Source: the human T2T-CHM13v2.0 reference genome, Homo sapiens. From it: a stretch of DNA of 64,000 nucleotides. Numbering within the stretch: position 1 is the stretch's first letter; each line of letters opens with the position of its first letter. The notes beneath the pieces are model-generated. The model saw nothing but the letters and a program-made list of their open reading frames with translations, made no database searches and was not told the origin of the DNA. The stretch is from the NCBI RefSeq assembly GCF_009914755.1, contig NC_060931.1. One strand, given 5' to 3'. The position numbers and the translations under genes are program-made. Below, piece by piece: positions 36,470 to 59,381 of the stretch.

Positions 36470-36880
36470 ACACGAACGTCCACAGCAGCCTTATTTCCAA
36501 AAACTGAAAACAGTCAGTAAGAGAACCGATCAGTACATTCTGGCATAATCACATGATGGAAGACTCTACAGCCATGAAATGGAATGAACACTCACAAGAA
36601 TGAATCTCACAGACATGATATGGAGCAAAAGACGACACGGAAGAGTATTTCAGTTCCATTCACAGAAGGTTTTAAAAAGGCAAAACTTATGGTGATTAAG
36701 GACTGGTTACCCTGGGGAGTGAATTCCCTAGGATGAGGCATCAGAAAGGTGCCCTGTAATATTCTACAACTGCGGCTTGTTCTGGGTTGCAGTTATGTGA
36801 GTGTATTAATTTATAAAGATTCTTCAAGCTGTACATTTAGAATTTGTGCACCATGTTTTAATGTTATTCTCCAGAAAAAT
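36470..36880 (+). mobile_element. L1M 3' end fragment
   Basis: tacagccatgaaatggaatgaa...gaatgaatctcacagacatgat...aaaaggcaaaact. Confidence 0.6.
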
Positions 36881-36963
36881 CAGTGAGTCTAACAATCCTA
36901 AATCAATTCTCATATGTATCTGGTGATGGTACCCACAGGGGCACCATCTAAATTACAAGACAG

Positions 36964-37320
36964 ACACACACACACACACCACACACCACACACACACACC
37001 CCCCACATACACCTCACACACCCCACACCCCACACACACCCCACACACACACCACACACACCCCCCCACACACACACCCCACACACACCCCACACACCAC
37101 ACACACACACCCACCACACACACCCCACACCCCCACCACACACACCCCACACACACCACCTACCACACACACCCACCACACACACCACACACACACCACA
37201 CACGCACACCACATACACCACACCACAGACACACCACACACACCCACACACACCACACACACCACACACACCCACACACAACCACACACACACAAACCAC
37301 ACACACACACACACACACAC
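36964..37320. repeat. Imperfect (CA)n / (CACAC)n / (CACCC)n low-complexity tract, about 360 bp
   Basis: Read directly from the sequence. Confidence 0.98.
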
Positions 37321-37759
37321 AGTAGCAATGCAGGTCTGGTCCTTCGAGAGGCCTAATGCAGCCCAAGTTCCCTGAAAACAGAGCCTAGGGCAGGAAAGAC
37401 AGTGCTGGGGCTTTGCTATTGGCTCTAAGTGAGGAAAACAAGTGAGGCCGGTGGAGAAGCCAGGTGAGGCCATCAGCTGCAGGTGGGAGGAGAGACAGGA
37501 CACCCTGAGGGATCACTAGTTGTCCTGTCATCTCTGGGGCTACAGGGCTGGGGGCCTGACCCTGCATGGTGAAGGCCCCTGCCACTGTCAGCTGAAGCCC
37601 AGGGAACTGAATGGGCCTGGGCATGAGGCTCCCATGCCTTCCTCTGGATGCTCAAGGCCTGCCCTAAAATTCAGAACACACAAAACACTGACATTTCTTG
37701 GAGAATGCTATCTGGCAGGTGACAAAGAGACAAGCAGAGGAGGAGGACACAGAAGCTCT

Positions 37760-38046
37760 GCGTTCAATCACACTTGTCCTATGAGACAGAGAGGAGAAGG
37801 TGCAGAGAAGGCCACAAGACAATGGAGGCAGAGACCACAGTGAGGTGCCCACGGCTGTGGAGACCAGGAGGGTGGCAGCCGCCAGGAGCGAGGCTGGAAG
37901 GGATTCTCCCTCAGTCTAAGCAGCAATCCTGCCCACACCCCGATCTCGGACTTCTGGCCTCCTGAACTGAGCGAGAATAGATTTCTCTTGTTTTAAACCA
38001 CCCCGTTGCTGGTCATTTGTCATGGCAGCCCTAGAATACTAATACA
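37760..38046 (+). mobile_element. MLT1 (MaLR) LTR, 3' part
   Basis: gacttctggcctcctgaactg...ttgttttaaaccacc...ggcagccctagaatactaataca. Confidence 0.75.
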
Positions 38047-39404
38047 CTAGGTAAATACTCATAAAAGAAAGTGAGTGTTCTAACATTATTAGAAATGTTT
38101 ACTATTTTAAAATACCATTTAAAAGTCAAACAGCAGAAATGGGGGCGGTGGCACCATTTGACCCACTACACCTACTCTATCTTTTTCTGTTTCTCTTCTA
38201 GGTGTGGGTCTCAATCCAAAGCTGGATTTTATTTTATATTATTTTATTAATACCCAAGTGTCTGTCTTGTCATTACTTTAGCCCAATCAAATCTACGGTG
38301 AGCACTGATTAGTTAGCACTTACTCCTGACCCCTTATTTGGTACTTTCTATTTCACAGGCCTTTCCAGCCTTGTGTTGAATGGATCAAACTTTCTTTATT
38401 CAATGTTTGTTAATAATTTAAAAATCCTATTTCTCTTCAGTGATTACTCTTAAAATTTTGACAAGTATTTAAACTTATTTTTATCTATCAACATCTAGAA
38501 AACCTTAGCTGTTCCTTCCTTCCTTCCTTTCCCCCTTGCTACTTAAATACTGACATAAATTTGGACTTAAAAAAAATCTTTTAAACAATAAATTTCTCAC
38601 TTTGACATTCAAAGTTTTGCTTGTTTCTTTGCATGCCTTTCCTTTTTTATCCTATGTAGTCATTTCTTGTTTTGAGGTGTCACGCTCCAATTACACAATT
38701 CCTAGACATCAGAGAAGCCCTTGTGTGTCTGAACATGTGTTTCCTCACCTTCTCTTGTGAGTGACAGGACAGACAGAATTTGGGGTTTTAAATCATGTTT
38801 CCTCAGGCCTTGGCAGGCACTGCTCCCCTCCTGTCTTTGATCCAGCATCCCTGACAAGCTTGCTGTGCTCCTCATTTCTTCTTAGGTAATCTGATCTTTC
38901 CTTCCTGGGAAATTTAATGAATTCCTCTATCCATGAGTTTTACAACATTTTACTTGACACGTCTATGTGTATAAGTCTTTTCAATTTTTATCCTGCTTGG
39001 CATTTGGTGGGGCCTTTGAATCTAAGGATTTTTCTTAGTTCTAAAATATTCCAAGATTTCTTTGAAATATTTCCTCTCCTCCACTTTCCATTCTCTCCTT
39101 CTGTGACTTCTATTACATGAAATTTGGGCTGCTGGACCCACCGTGCATGTTTTCTTGTAGGTCTCTGCAAAACTGAATAAAGAATTCTTAAACTCTGTTC
39201 TAGCACACGTCCACTCTTCAGCCACGTCTTCTCCATATGCTCAAGTGATGATGTGACACACACTCCTAGTTTTCATTTCCAAGGTTCTTTTTCACAATCC
39301 CCCATTTTTATATCATGGATAAGAAACATCCTATCGTATCTCTTTGATGATATTTATAATATACACAAATATCCTACTATAAAAAGTTTCCTCCTATTGT
39401 TTTT

Positions 39405-40184
<780 letters not shown>

Positions 40185-41089
40185 TCTATTGTTTCCATTA
40201 AGTCTGTTTCCTCCAGCCTTAGTTCTTCTGTTTGTTGGGTTTCATGTCTCTTTCATGGTGCTGGTTTCCTCAAACGCTTGGTGGTGCTTGGTGGGTGTTT
40301 GTCTTTGTATTTTAGGGTCACTGTTGGCCTAACAGAATGCTACTTGCTTCTGGTTTTTGCTGCAGCTGCCTCCAGTGATCTGGAAGAGGAGCAGGTCAGG
40401 CAGCCAACGGCTGGTCTCTGGGAGTGGGTATTTCTCCTTGTTGGTGCTGCCACCCACCGAGGACGCTGCCTGTTTTCACGGACTAAGTGCTCCCTCTTGC
40501 TTTTCCCACCTGGAGACACAATCACTGCTAGACACAAGGTCAGGAGAGCGTGACCAGTCTCGACGTCCCTCCCACAGTCCTGTTCCCTGAATGTACCTCC
40601 TCTGCACTCGGGGAACTCTGAAGCTGCTCTTGCCGCCCCCGGCAGTTCTTTCTTGTATGTGCTGTGGGGAGTGTTTCCTTCTCCAGCTGATCCCATTTAT
40701 CTTCTTCCAGGGATTCCTCAATTTCTAGTCCACTGAGTGGACCCCTGCTTGTCATATAGATTTATATATTTTATTTAAGGCATTTCTAGGAAATCAGGAA
40801 TAAAGGAGAGGCTGCAGAGTGTTTTCAGCTTCCTTGATCTAATCAAACCTTCCCTCTTACTCATTAATGAACTCAAGTACTACTTCTAGAAATAATGCAC
40901 CTCAACAAACCAAAGCTCCCTGTTTAAAGTGTCATCACTCTGAGACTTAGAAAACACCATCCTAGCTGGAAGGAATTTATTTGCTCTGACAATGTCTTCA
41001 TGCTTCATAGTGTTACAGGTTTAATAGGGGCATGGGGAGGTAGATATAATTTTGAGTTGTGTCTGAAGCATGTGAGATCATCCTTTGCA

Positions 41090-41780
<691 letters not shown>

Positions 41781-41952
41781 TGCTATATTCAAGTCTACAA
41801 AACTTGTAGTTTTGTTGGCCCTTATTATAAATCTGACACACGGTATATATAAAACAGGAAGACAGTCAAGAGCCTGACAGAGAGGGCTTCATAGGCATGA
41901 AGAAAAGTTTACGCTCATGAAGCTGAAACCTGATGCACAGTAGTGGCATCAC

Positions 41953-42250
41953 TTTATTTATTTACTTATTTTGAGAGACAGCCTCTTACTCTTGTCGCCC
42001 AGACTGGAGTGCAGTGATGCAATCTCAGCTCACTGCAACCTGACTCCCAGGTTCAAGCGATTCTCGCGCCTCAGCCTCCCGAGTAGCTGGGACTACAGGC
42101 ACCCACCACCACGCCCAGCTAATTTTGTATTTTTAGTAGAGATGGAGTTTCACCATGTTGGCCAGGCTGGTCTCAAACTCCTGACCTCAGGTGATCTGCC
42201 CAACTGGGCCTCCTAAAGTGCTGGGATTATACGCGTAAGCCACCGCACCA
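41953..42250 (-). mobile_element. Alu (AluS-like)
   Basis: Antisense dimer. Confidence 0.92.
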
Positions 42251-42679
42251 GGACTCAGTAGCATCCCTTTAAAAAATAAGTATTTATTTGTATGTATTTC
42301 ATGAGATTAGAATTTATCCATGAACTTACTGGTGTGCTGCCCTGTGCTGCACTACTTGGGTCCCCTTAAAACATAAGACCCAGTTCTGAGCACATCCACT
42401 TTCATAAAGAACCTGAGATGCTTCCAATGCTTATTACATCTGCTGATAAATCTAACTCCACAGTTCCAACTCCTTAAAGAAAAGCTGTTACCCAAAATAT
42501 CAAATCATTTCCAAATTCACAAAATTGACAATTTTCATTCCATCTTGGAGATGATTTATGCCCCATAAGCAGAGAACCAGAAAGCAACAGGAAAGTTTTC
42601 ACAGTGGCTAGAGTGTATGCATTAAACAAAAACCCTCCTCTGGGTGCAGATGTGCTGGGCCTTAAGAAAATCCAGACAT

Positions 42680-43208
<529 letters not shown>

Positions 43209-43339
43209 TTACAGATCTTAGACCTTGTACAATGGAATTCTGCAATCAGATATTTATCGAAGGAACAAATAATTAACTCATTAGCACAGAGGCTCAATGC
43301 CAGAAAAGCAAGGGGAACGTTAGAAGTACAGACCGACTG

Positions 43340-43643
<304 letters not shown>

Positions 43644-44427
43644 GTGCAGACCGACTGAAGACCACAGGAGTGGCGTGAACCAGCTCTGCAGCGAGACCTT
43701 CCCGTGGACACGCCGTTCCTCTCCTCAACCCTGAAGACTCAGGTCTACCCTTCTTTCTCAAAACCAAAATGTCCCCCAAAAAGCTTCACAGATTCTGCCA
43801 AATCCCTTAGCTCGGTCTCAAAAACAAGCAGCTACATGTTTCAGGTTTCACGGTTTTCGAGTGTCTCCCTAGAAAATCCAACTTGAGGAAAGAGAAAGAT
43901 GCTGGCTTAAATGTGGAGGATCCCTTGTTTTTTCACAGACACCTGCTTTTTAAGGTGAATGGAGGAATAAAGTCCTCTTATGTGAACCACTTAACCCACC
44001 CAGATTATAAAGTCCGTAACCTCTGGACACCAGGGTTCCACTCCCACCCCTGCTCCTTCCTAGTCACGTGATTCCCTGACCCAGGTCAAGCGGGAAGATG
44101 CGAATATGAGCCTCGACAGCAAGGGCACTGCCTGGAGCCAAGCCCGGCCTGTGCTGAGTCGTCCAAGCCGTGCCTGTGAGGCTGCTTCCTCACCCAGCAG
44201 CTCACTCTGAAAGAAAGGCCTTTCTGCCCAGGGCACCAGCCCTACAAGGCACTTCTGCTTCACCCCACTCGCGAAAAGCCCCTTTTTGATAAAAATGTGC
44301 CTTCAACTCCCAGTCTTTTATGAGGTGACAGGGCGGACCACCTCTGACCTCTGTCCAAAAGGGAAACGGCAGTTCAAATCAATTAGTCCATCTCCTGCAG
44401 GCCAGAAAAGGGAGAGCATTCTCTTAC

Positions 44428-44494
44428 CTTTTTGGGATCCATGTTGAATTTCTTTCTTCCCATGGCTATCTGTTTGTTCCTCTGAGTCGTTTTG
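44428..44494 (-). CDS. CYTH3: CYTH3 exon 4: KTTQRNKQIAMGRKKFNMDPKK
   Basis: caatag| ... |gtaaga; 67 nt; start of the Sec7 domain. Confidence 0.95.
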
Positions 44495-45034
44495 CTATTG
44501 GTGTGAAATAATTTAAAAATCACTCATGCTGTTTTCACAATGCAGCCCAGTCACGGCCCTCCAGTGTACTTTCCCCCGCAACAACGGGCTCAAGGAAGCG
44601 AAGCACAGGCCCTCACGGAGGGGCCCCCAGTCTCCGCAGTGGCGGCAGGGGTGGTGCAGCCACCATTGCTGTTCACATTTGATAACTTGAGACACTTCAG
44701 AAAAAGCTAATGATGCAAACCAGTGATTTTAATAAAGCACAGTTCCTTATGACGCAGGCAGGTAATTTCTGTGCGGGTCAACCCTGAAGTGCCTGTGCTT
44801 ATGCCTGAACCTATAAAGGCAGATGATGACTTACAGAGGAGGCAATGGGAGGTAACATCCAGGGAAACACCCCTGGACCCCTCCACGCAGAGTAGGGGGA
44901 GAGGAGAGGAATTAACAACTCCACAGGCTCCCCACATCCCAACCACTCTCACCCCACTTTCTGCAAGTTTGACTACAGGATGGAGGTAGAAAGAAAAGAG
45001 TAAATAGCTTAAAGGTGTAGCCACAAATTGTTAC

Positions 45035-45099
45035 CTCTCCTCTACGGAAGTTAGATTGTCGATCTCTGTCATCACCTCTGCAATTTCATATTTCAGCCT
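45035..45099 (-). CDS. CYTH3: CYTH3 exon 3 (coiled coil): RLKYEIAEVMTEIDNLTSVEE
   Basis: tgacag| ... |gtaaca; 65 nt. Confidence 0.95.
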
Positions 45100-45422
45100 C
45101 TGTCAAAAAAGAAGAATTTCGAGGTGGGGAGTGGGTCTTAACCTTCCTCCCCTGAGACTCAGAAATTTTAGTTCTCTTGTGACAAGCTTCCCTGCGGTCT
45201 CACCGGAGCATCACAGGGATGGAAAAACCAATACTATTATCAATACAGCTAGAGCTTCATAGTCAAAGCCACCACAACTTAGGAGAACACAAAATTCTTT
45301 GCTCACTTTTCATCAGATACCAGGTTCAGAGGGGTCCACTCTGCAGATCCTAGGGTATTTGTATATAAAATCAGGCAAGCACACTGGGGGGGGAATATCA
45401 CAGCTGTGAAAAGATAAAACCA

Positions 45423-45746
45423 AGCCAGGAGCAGTGGCTCATGCCTGTAATCCCAGCATTTTGGGAGGTTGAAGCAGAGGGATCGCTTGAGATCAGGAGT
45501 TTGAGAACAGCCTGGGCAATGTAGCAAGGCCTCATTGCTACAAAAAAGAAAAACAGAAAAATTAGCTGAGTGTGGTGGTACATGCCTGTAGTCCTAGCTA
45601 CTAGAGAGGCTGAGGAGGGAGGACTGCATGAACCCACGAGTTTGAGGCTGCAGTGAGCCATGATCACACCACTGTACTCCAGTCTGGGTGACAGAGCAAG
45701 ACTTGGTCTCTTTTTTTAAAAAAAACAAAAAAACAAAAAAAAAAAG
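45423..45746 (+). mobile_element. Alu (AluJ-like)
   Basis: Full dimer. Confidence 0.9.
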
Positions 45747-45862
45747 CCCAGCAAAAGGAAAGCCATGAGTCCTCAGTTCGCTTAACTGCACTATTCAGCC
45801 CTGCCATGCAAACAGTTGTCACCTGCCTCCTCCTTCAACACTGCCTGTGTTCCCAGGGAGAA

Positions 45863-45934
45863 GCTGAGGCTCGGGTGTGTTTAGATCGGTGGTCTCAGGC
45901 TGAAGCTCAGGTGTGTTTAGGTCAGTGGTCTCAG
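45863..45934. repeat. Two-copy 36-bp tandem duplication
   Basis: gctgaggctcgggtgtgtttagatcggtggtctcag / gctgaagctcaggtgtgtttaggtcagtggtctcag. Confidence 0.93.
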
Positions 45935-46630
45935 GATCACTTGTATCACCTTGAATGAGATGAAGCACCATGGACAGAGCCCGGGGGTGAACAGAACTGA
46001 CTCAGGGCACTCAGAGAAGCCAAATGCATCCAAGGGGACAGACCCCCTTTCCCTTGATGTGACCCCTACTAATGAGACTGACCTCTGGAAGCCTCCAACT
46101 TCCCTGGGCCTCAGTGTGCTCACTGATAAAATGAAGTAGTTAGAGCTAGATTACGATTCCACATTTATCCAGCAGGCTGATTACTAAGGTCCAAATAATA
46201 TACATCCTTATTCTTCAACCAGAGACCAATTCTGGGTTATCTGATTTTCCCAAGAATGAAGGGTAACCTTAGAAGAAAAATTTCCATGAATTACCTTTCA
46301 AATACAAAGACATTTTTATTCAGGACCCTATTATATGCCAAGACACTCGGACTTAAAACGCAAACTCCTAGAAAGGAGCTATTGTCTGGGACAAGGCCTG
46401 TCCTTGCCGTGGCCTGTGAAGCCACATTTATTTTGGCAATGACAATGACTAGAAAGCTTCTCAAAGAAGACCTCCATGTCTGATTGACTTTCCCAAGGAA
46501 GCCCCAAACGGAAGGAGCCAGGGCCGGCCCTCTGAATCACTTCTGTAACAATCACAGGCTCTCCCACGCCGAGACGGTGGCTTTATTCACATGCTTCTCC
46601 TGTGGGACCGCCCTCTACCCCATCCTCTGA

Positions 46631-47446
<816 letters not shown>

Positions 47447-47826
47447 CATATTAGTTAACGAAAGAGGGTCTCAGTGCACAATTTGACAGAGCAATGCGCT
47501 CGTGGCTTGCTGCTGCTTTAGATGATACGCTGCCTGTGGCCCTGGGTTTGCGAGCTGGCTACTGCTGACCTCAGTTCTACGATGTCTTGATTTCTACCCG
47601 GGGTCTCACTGCCTGTGTGGAGTCTTTGCTTTCCCAACTTGATAACTTTTCACTCTGTCTCTTTGTGTAGTTCTTATATGCACACACTAAACATCTTTTT
47701 TTTTTGTTATTTTTTGTTTTTGGGTTTTTTTTTTTTTTTACATTTTTGTGAGGCTACTCTTTTACTATTTTACTCAAAAGCAAAAAACAGAGTTTTGGAT
47801 TTTTGGTTTTTTTTTTTTTTTTTTAC

Positions 47827-47909
47827 CTCAATGTCATCAATAAGTTCCTTTTTTCTTCGACGAATGTCTAGAAGTTCTTCTCTCTCTTCTAATGAGAGGT
47901 CTTCAGGCA
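47827..47909 (-). CDS. CYTH3: CYTH3 exon 2 (coiled coil): (V)PEDLSLEEREELLDIRRRKKELIDDIE; exon 1 lies beyond the window
   Basis: ctttcag| ... |gtaaaa; 83 nt; ORF 47770..47967. Confidence 0.95.
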
Positions 47910-48172
47910 CTGAAAGAAGAAAAAAATAATTAACTACTTTGGAGAACACATTGGCAACATCCAGCAAGGTTGAGGTGGGTACATGCTGCCACCCAGCAAT
48001 TCCATACGCAGGTATTTATCCTAAAGAAATGCTCCCATTGAGACTGTATCTGAGACACTCATAGGAGCGCTCTTTATAACCAGAAAACAGCCTAAATATT
48101 CATCAGTAAGAACACGAATAAATTGCGGTACATTCATAAAATAGAATCCCATCCAACAAAAATATTTTTTCA

Positions 48173-50772
<2,600 letters not shown>

Positions 50773-51684
50773 GGAGACATCCACTAAAACTGTAGTAATC
50801 ATAATTAGCAATTTAAAAAACTCAAAACCTGTCACAACAAAGAGAATGGAAACAGAAAGAACCGCCACATTTTTATGAGCTTGAAGCCAAACTGGACTAG
50901 CCACAGCTGATTTAATCCACATGGAAAAGCAAACTTTGAAGCCCACAGTGGCGTAGACCAAGTAACCTAATTTACGTGAGAGAATCCCCACAAGGCTTAG
51001 GCTCTGGCTTCACTACGTAACTCTGGAGGGGGCTGTGAAGGAGGGTCAACTAAAATAAGGAGAACTGGTTGAAAGGCTCTTTGAAATGCCACTGGATGCC
51101 TGCCTCTTCTCTCCCACGCCACGGAAGACTGCTTATTTATCTTTAGAGAACAAAACAGAGAGACTAGGGCACTTCTAACACGTTTGAGGGCAAGGGCACC
51201 CTACTAAAAACAGGGGTGAGAGATAAAAGCAAACATACTCATCACCAAGCCGCCTTCTCCACTGGGCTCCCCGACTGCAGGCCACGGGCCATTTACTCCT
51301 CTCCCACCACCCTGGACAGAGGCTGGGACAAGCGTCTTCTCTGAAGCATCCCACAGGCTTCAGCTCTAAAGATAATGATCTGAGGGGCAGACACCAACAA
51401 CCAGTACACCCACATCACCCTACAGAGAAACAGTCAACACGGCCTTCTGCTGCACTCAGAGCTTCTAATACACTTTTTACTTCTTCCTTCCCAAACTGGA
51501 GGTAAGCCTCTGACATGCAAAACAGATACCGAAACAGACACAAAAAAGCAAAAAGGGATAAAAGTGGTTACACCTTGGGGACAAGAAAGTGACAAGGCAA
51601 GGCAATGCTTGCCCCCATTACAAACATTACAGTTGACTCTTTAATACGTGTACAACTGATAAAATATAAAACCTTGGGGAAAAA

Positions 51685-55500
<3,816 letters not shown>

Positions 55501-58146
55501 CTTTCAGGTATTAAGTGGCTAGTAACATCTGTAGCAATATCACTCAGGATATTTGGGGAAAGCATTACTAGGAAGTAACAGAATTATCCTTGACACATGA
55601 AAAGGAATAAATAAAAGGCATAGGAGTATGTGATAAAGTATTTCTGAACCAGTCTCTGCGGAGCTTCTAAGTACCTTGCTGTCCTATTGTGTCTTTGGAC
55701 ACCCAGATTGTATAGCAAATACCAACACCTAGCTGTTAGACCAGCTGTTTAGTGACGTTCTATCAGTATCCCTCTGCATCCAAAATAACTTTGCAGTCAC
55801 AGAATCTGCTGATACACAGACAATTTCACACATGTGACCGCCATACTAAAAATGGGAAGATAAGCAATGTTCAGAGAAGGTGTCCTTAATTATCCAGATC
55901 TTTTCCACAGCAACAAACCAGCCTTCAATCAAAGTTATCTAAGGCTTGGATTCACTTATTGACATCATGTATGTTTTGTTACTTGGACTCTGTTAGGTAA
56001 GAAGAAACAAAGGTCAAGTGGTTTTTTCCTCCCAAGAAATCTAGCGGTTTATTTTTGAATGGATAAAGTAATATATGGATATGGTTACACATACACAAAC
56101 ATATAAAAAGGCATACAATGAAAACTTCCCCTCCAACCTCAATAAAGCTGCTAAAAAAAAAAAAAAGGGCAGGTTAACTGGAAATCACTGGTCTGGCATG
56201 AAATCTCTAAAGCTGGTTGAATGCACCCACCACGAGCTTCCCTATAAAATCCTGACATTCCAGACACGCTAGGAAAGGGTCCTTCAGACTCAGTTCTCGT
56301 CTGATGGAGGAGGTTGGACACACTGGTTTATTTCTAACAATGCATCAGGCTCTAAAAGAGAATGAGTCTGTGCAGCACATACGGTTTCAACATTCTTACT
56401 CTAATTCTTGATAGCAAATATAAATGTTTCCACAAGGAAAAAACAATGTGGAAAGAAGGCAGGAAATCCTCCATTTTAGTAAAAGGGTGCTGCCAGTGAA
56501 GCTTTACATAAGAATCAGGAGCAAATTCACATCATTCAGCCAAAATCCTTGCCTTTCTCAGGCACTAGCCTTCCACAAACTTAGATCTGCAAAATCACAG
56601 AGACTCACAGTTGTTGAGGTCTATATTTTAGGTTCAGGTTTGTAGGAATTTAAAGTACTTAAGTGTGGACCTTCTGCTTCCAGCCACAATGGAGTAACAG
56701 GGACTGGATTTATCCTGTTGCCTGAAATGATGGGGGTAGAAAAACAGCCAGGCACAGTGGTTATGTGCCTGTAGTCCCAGCCACTGGGGAGTCTGTAGCA
56801 GGAGGATCTGGAGCCCAAGAGTTGAGGCTGGCCTGGGCAACATAGCAAGAACCTATCTCTAAAAAATAAACAATAAAAAAACAAGCAAACAAAATAACAA
56901 AATTCTACACCCTGCAAAATCTCTTTCAAAAATAAAGATGAAACAAAGACATTTTCAGATATAAAAACTTAAACTAATTTGCCACTAGCACATCTGCACT
57001 ACAAGAAATGTTAAAGCAGTCCTTCATGCAGGGGGAAAGAAAAGATACCAGATAAAAATTTGTTACCGATGCAAAACAATGAAAGTCTTGTAAATGATAA
57101 CTATGTGAGTGAATACTTTCCCTTCATGACAGATACCTCTTTAAAAGATTTACTGTTAGTGTTCAAAGCAGAAATAATACGACATGTATTGGGTTAATAA
57201 CAAATATAAAACAGAACAAAGGTTGGGAGGGAGAAAGGAAAGCACACGTTATAAGCTGCTTATCCCACATGTGAAATGGTTAACATCATTTGATGGTAGA
57301 CTGAGAAATGAAAGGTGTATATATAAATCCTAAACCAACCACTAACAAAGTGTGCAATAATATTAAGAAATTCAGAATCATTCCCTTATTTACCATCTTT
57401 AATAAAATCTAAGAGCCCATCAATTGTAAGATGTATGCTTAATTTCAGGCAGTTTAAAATGTATAATTTGTATCTCAGAATCAAGGAAAAATGGGAGATT
57501 GTCACAGATACTCATATTAAAAAATAAGCAAGTGGTATCTCCAAGTTGATTCAGTACTTTCTAACTTTCAAGTTATATTATTAATCTAGTTATCTAACAG
57601 ATTCCAATCTACCAAGAAGCTGCAGCTTTCTAGTTTACTGCTATAAATAGTGACACCCTGACACATTTTATATACATGTATATGCAAACATATGAGATCT
57701 TCCACGGAGTTCACTCGCAGTCCTATGACTTCTCCTGGAGAAAGATGGAGTTTCACAGTTATGAACTGTGGCCAGAACCCTCACTATGTTTTAGTCACTG
57801 TAAGTCAAATGTGATAATACGTACCCTGAACAAAAATTTGGTCATTTAACTCACAACTGTGTATTTCTGGCTACCTAGTCCTAATTGAAATTGATTCTCT
57901 TACCCTTAAGTTTACCTTTATTACTAATCAATACTAATTTTTGTTGTGATATGGAGCTTTTTAGATTTTTGGTCAGTTCAGAGACTGGCCGATTCTGCAG
58001 GAAACAGAACACTGGCAAAGCATGGGCTTTGAGCACTAGTCCCAGTTAATCCACTACATGGAAACTCTACATGGAGCCGTGGTTTAACACACACAGAAAT
58101 AACACCTATCTCATAACACTGTTATATCCAGCAATTTAAACTGGTT

Positions 58147-58436
58147 ATTTTGAGAAAGGATCTTGCTCTGTCACTCAGTCTGGACTGCAATGGCACAATC
58201 ACAGCTCACTGCAGCCTCAGCGTCCCAAACTCAGGTGATCCTCCCGCCTCAGCCTCCTGAATAGCTGGGACCACAGGCACGTACCACCATGCCCAGCTAA
58301 CTTTCAAATTGTTTTTGTAGAGACAGGGTCTCACTATGTTGTTGTCCAGGCTAGTCTCAAACTCCTGGGCTCAAGTAATCCTCTACTTCGGCCTCCCAAA
58401 GTGCTGGGATTGTAGGTATGAGCCACCTTGCCTGGC
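58147..58436 (-). mobile_element. Alu (AluJ-like)
   Basis: Antisense dimer. Confidence 0.9.
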
Positions 58437-59381
58437 TCAACTGTTAAATGAGCATGAGTTTCTGGAGACTACTGAAGCAGTATGATGACACGCAGAACAA
58501 AAGGGCAGGCTCTGAGCTGCCAGGGGCTGCGCTCTGCCTCTCCTCACCACTCGACAGTCGGGTGACCTCAGTGGGTGATAAAGCAGCATTCAAACTATGA
58601 CATCCAGGTGGGTAACAGGGCAGTCACGTGTTAGCAACAACGGAAAGGGCCAGGTGAGTGGCATGCCGCAGCTAGCCAGGATGCTGCACTGAGCTGCAGG
58701 GGCAGGCAGGAAAGCCGCAGAGGCTCCAAGGGTCCGATTCTCGCCACCTCCTTGGAACCTTCTTTCTTGTCATTTCTCCTCAATCTCCATGTGGTGATCT
58801 TCACTGTTCCAGGACACTGGTTCCTTACCCAGCCTTCTTTGGATTAGGTGAAAGGTGACATTTTCAGACACAAACTGGAGTTGGCCACTGGTGCACCATT
58901 ATCACTAACAGAAATTCTTAAATAAGTTCAATCAAGAGAAGGGATCCAGTACAGGAGGTGTGAGCATCAAGAGAAAATGATGAGCACTGGTTTCCATAAG
59001 TAAATCTTAAAAAAACCTGACTGTGTAAGATAACAACATCTCATAGAGTAAGAACAGAACTAAAATGCTCAACAACAACAGCATGTAAATAAGAAGGGAA
59101 GTAATTTGCTCTCAAGTTCTTAGGGTTCGAAGGCGGAGCGGATAGATGATTAACTTTAGACTTGTCAAGTTAAGAAGGCATACTAAAATTTCTAGGGTAA
59201 GCAGGAAAGGAATGGAGCTCAAAATGCCCAAATTGGGAAAGGGAAATTAAAACTGGAATGAGAAAAAATAATCCAAAAAAAGGCAAGGAAAGAGAAAGAG
59301 AAACACAGAACAACTGTTAGAAATACAAAATGCAAAATATTGGGTGCAGGAAAAAAAATCCAAATATACTGATCTTTACCA

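Noticed and set aside
36910-37503. Cys/Val-rich and His/Thr-rich ORFs
   Set aside because: Translations of the CA/TG low-complexity tract.
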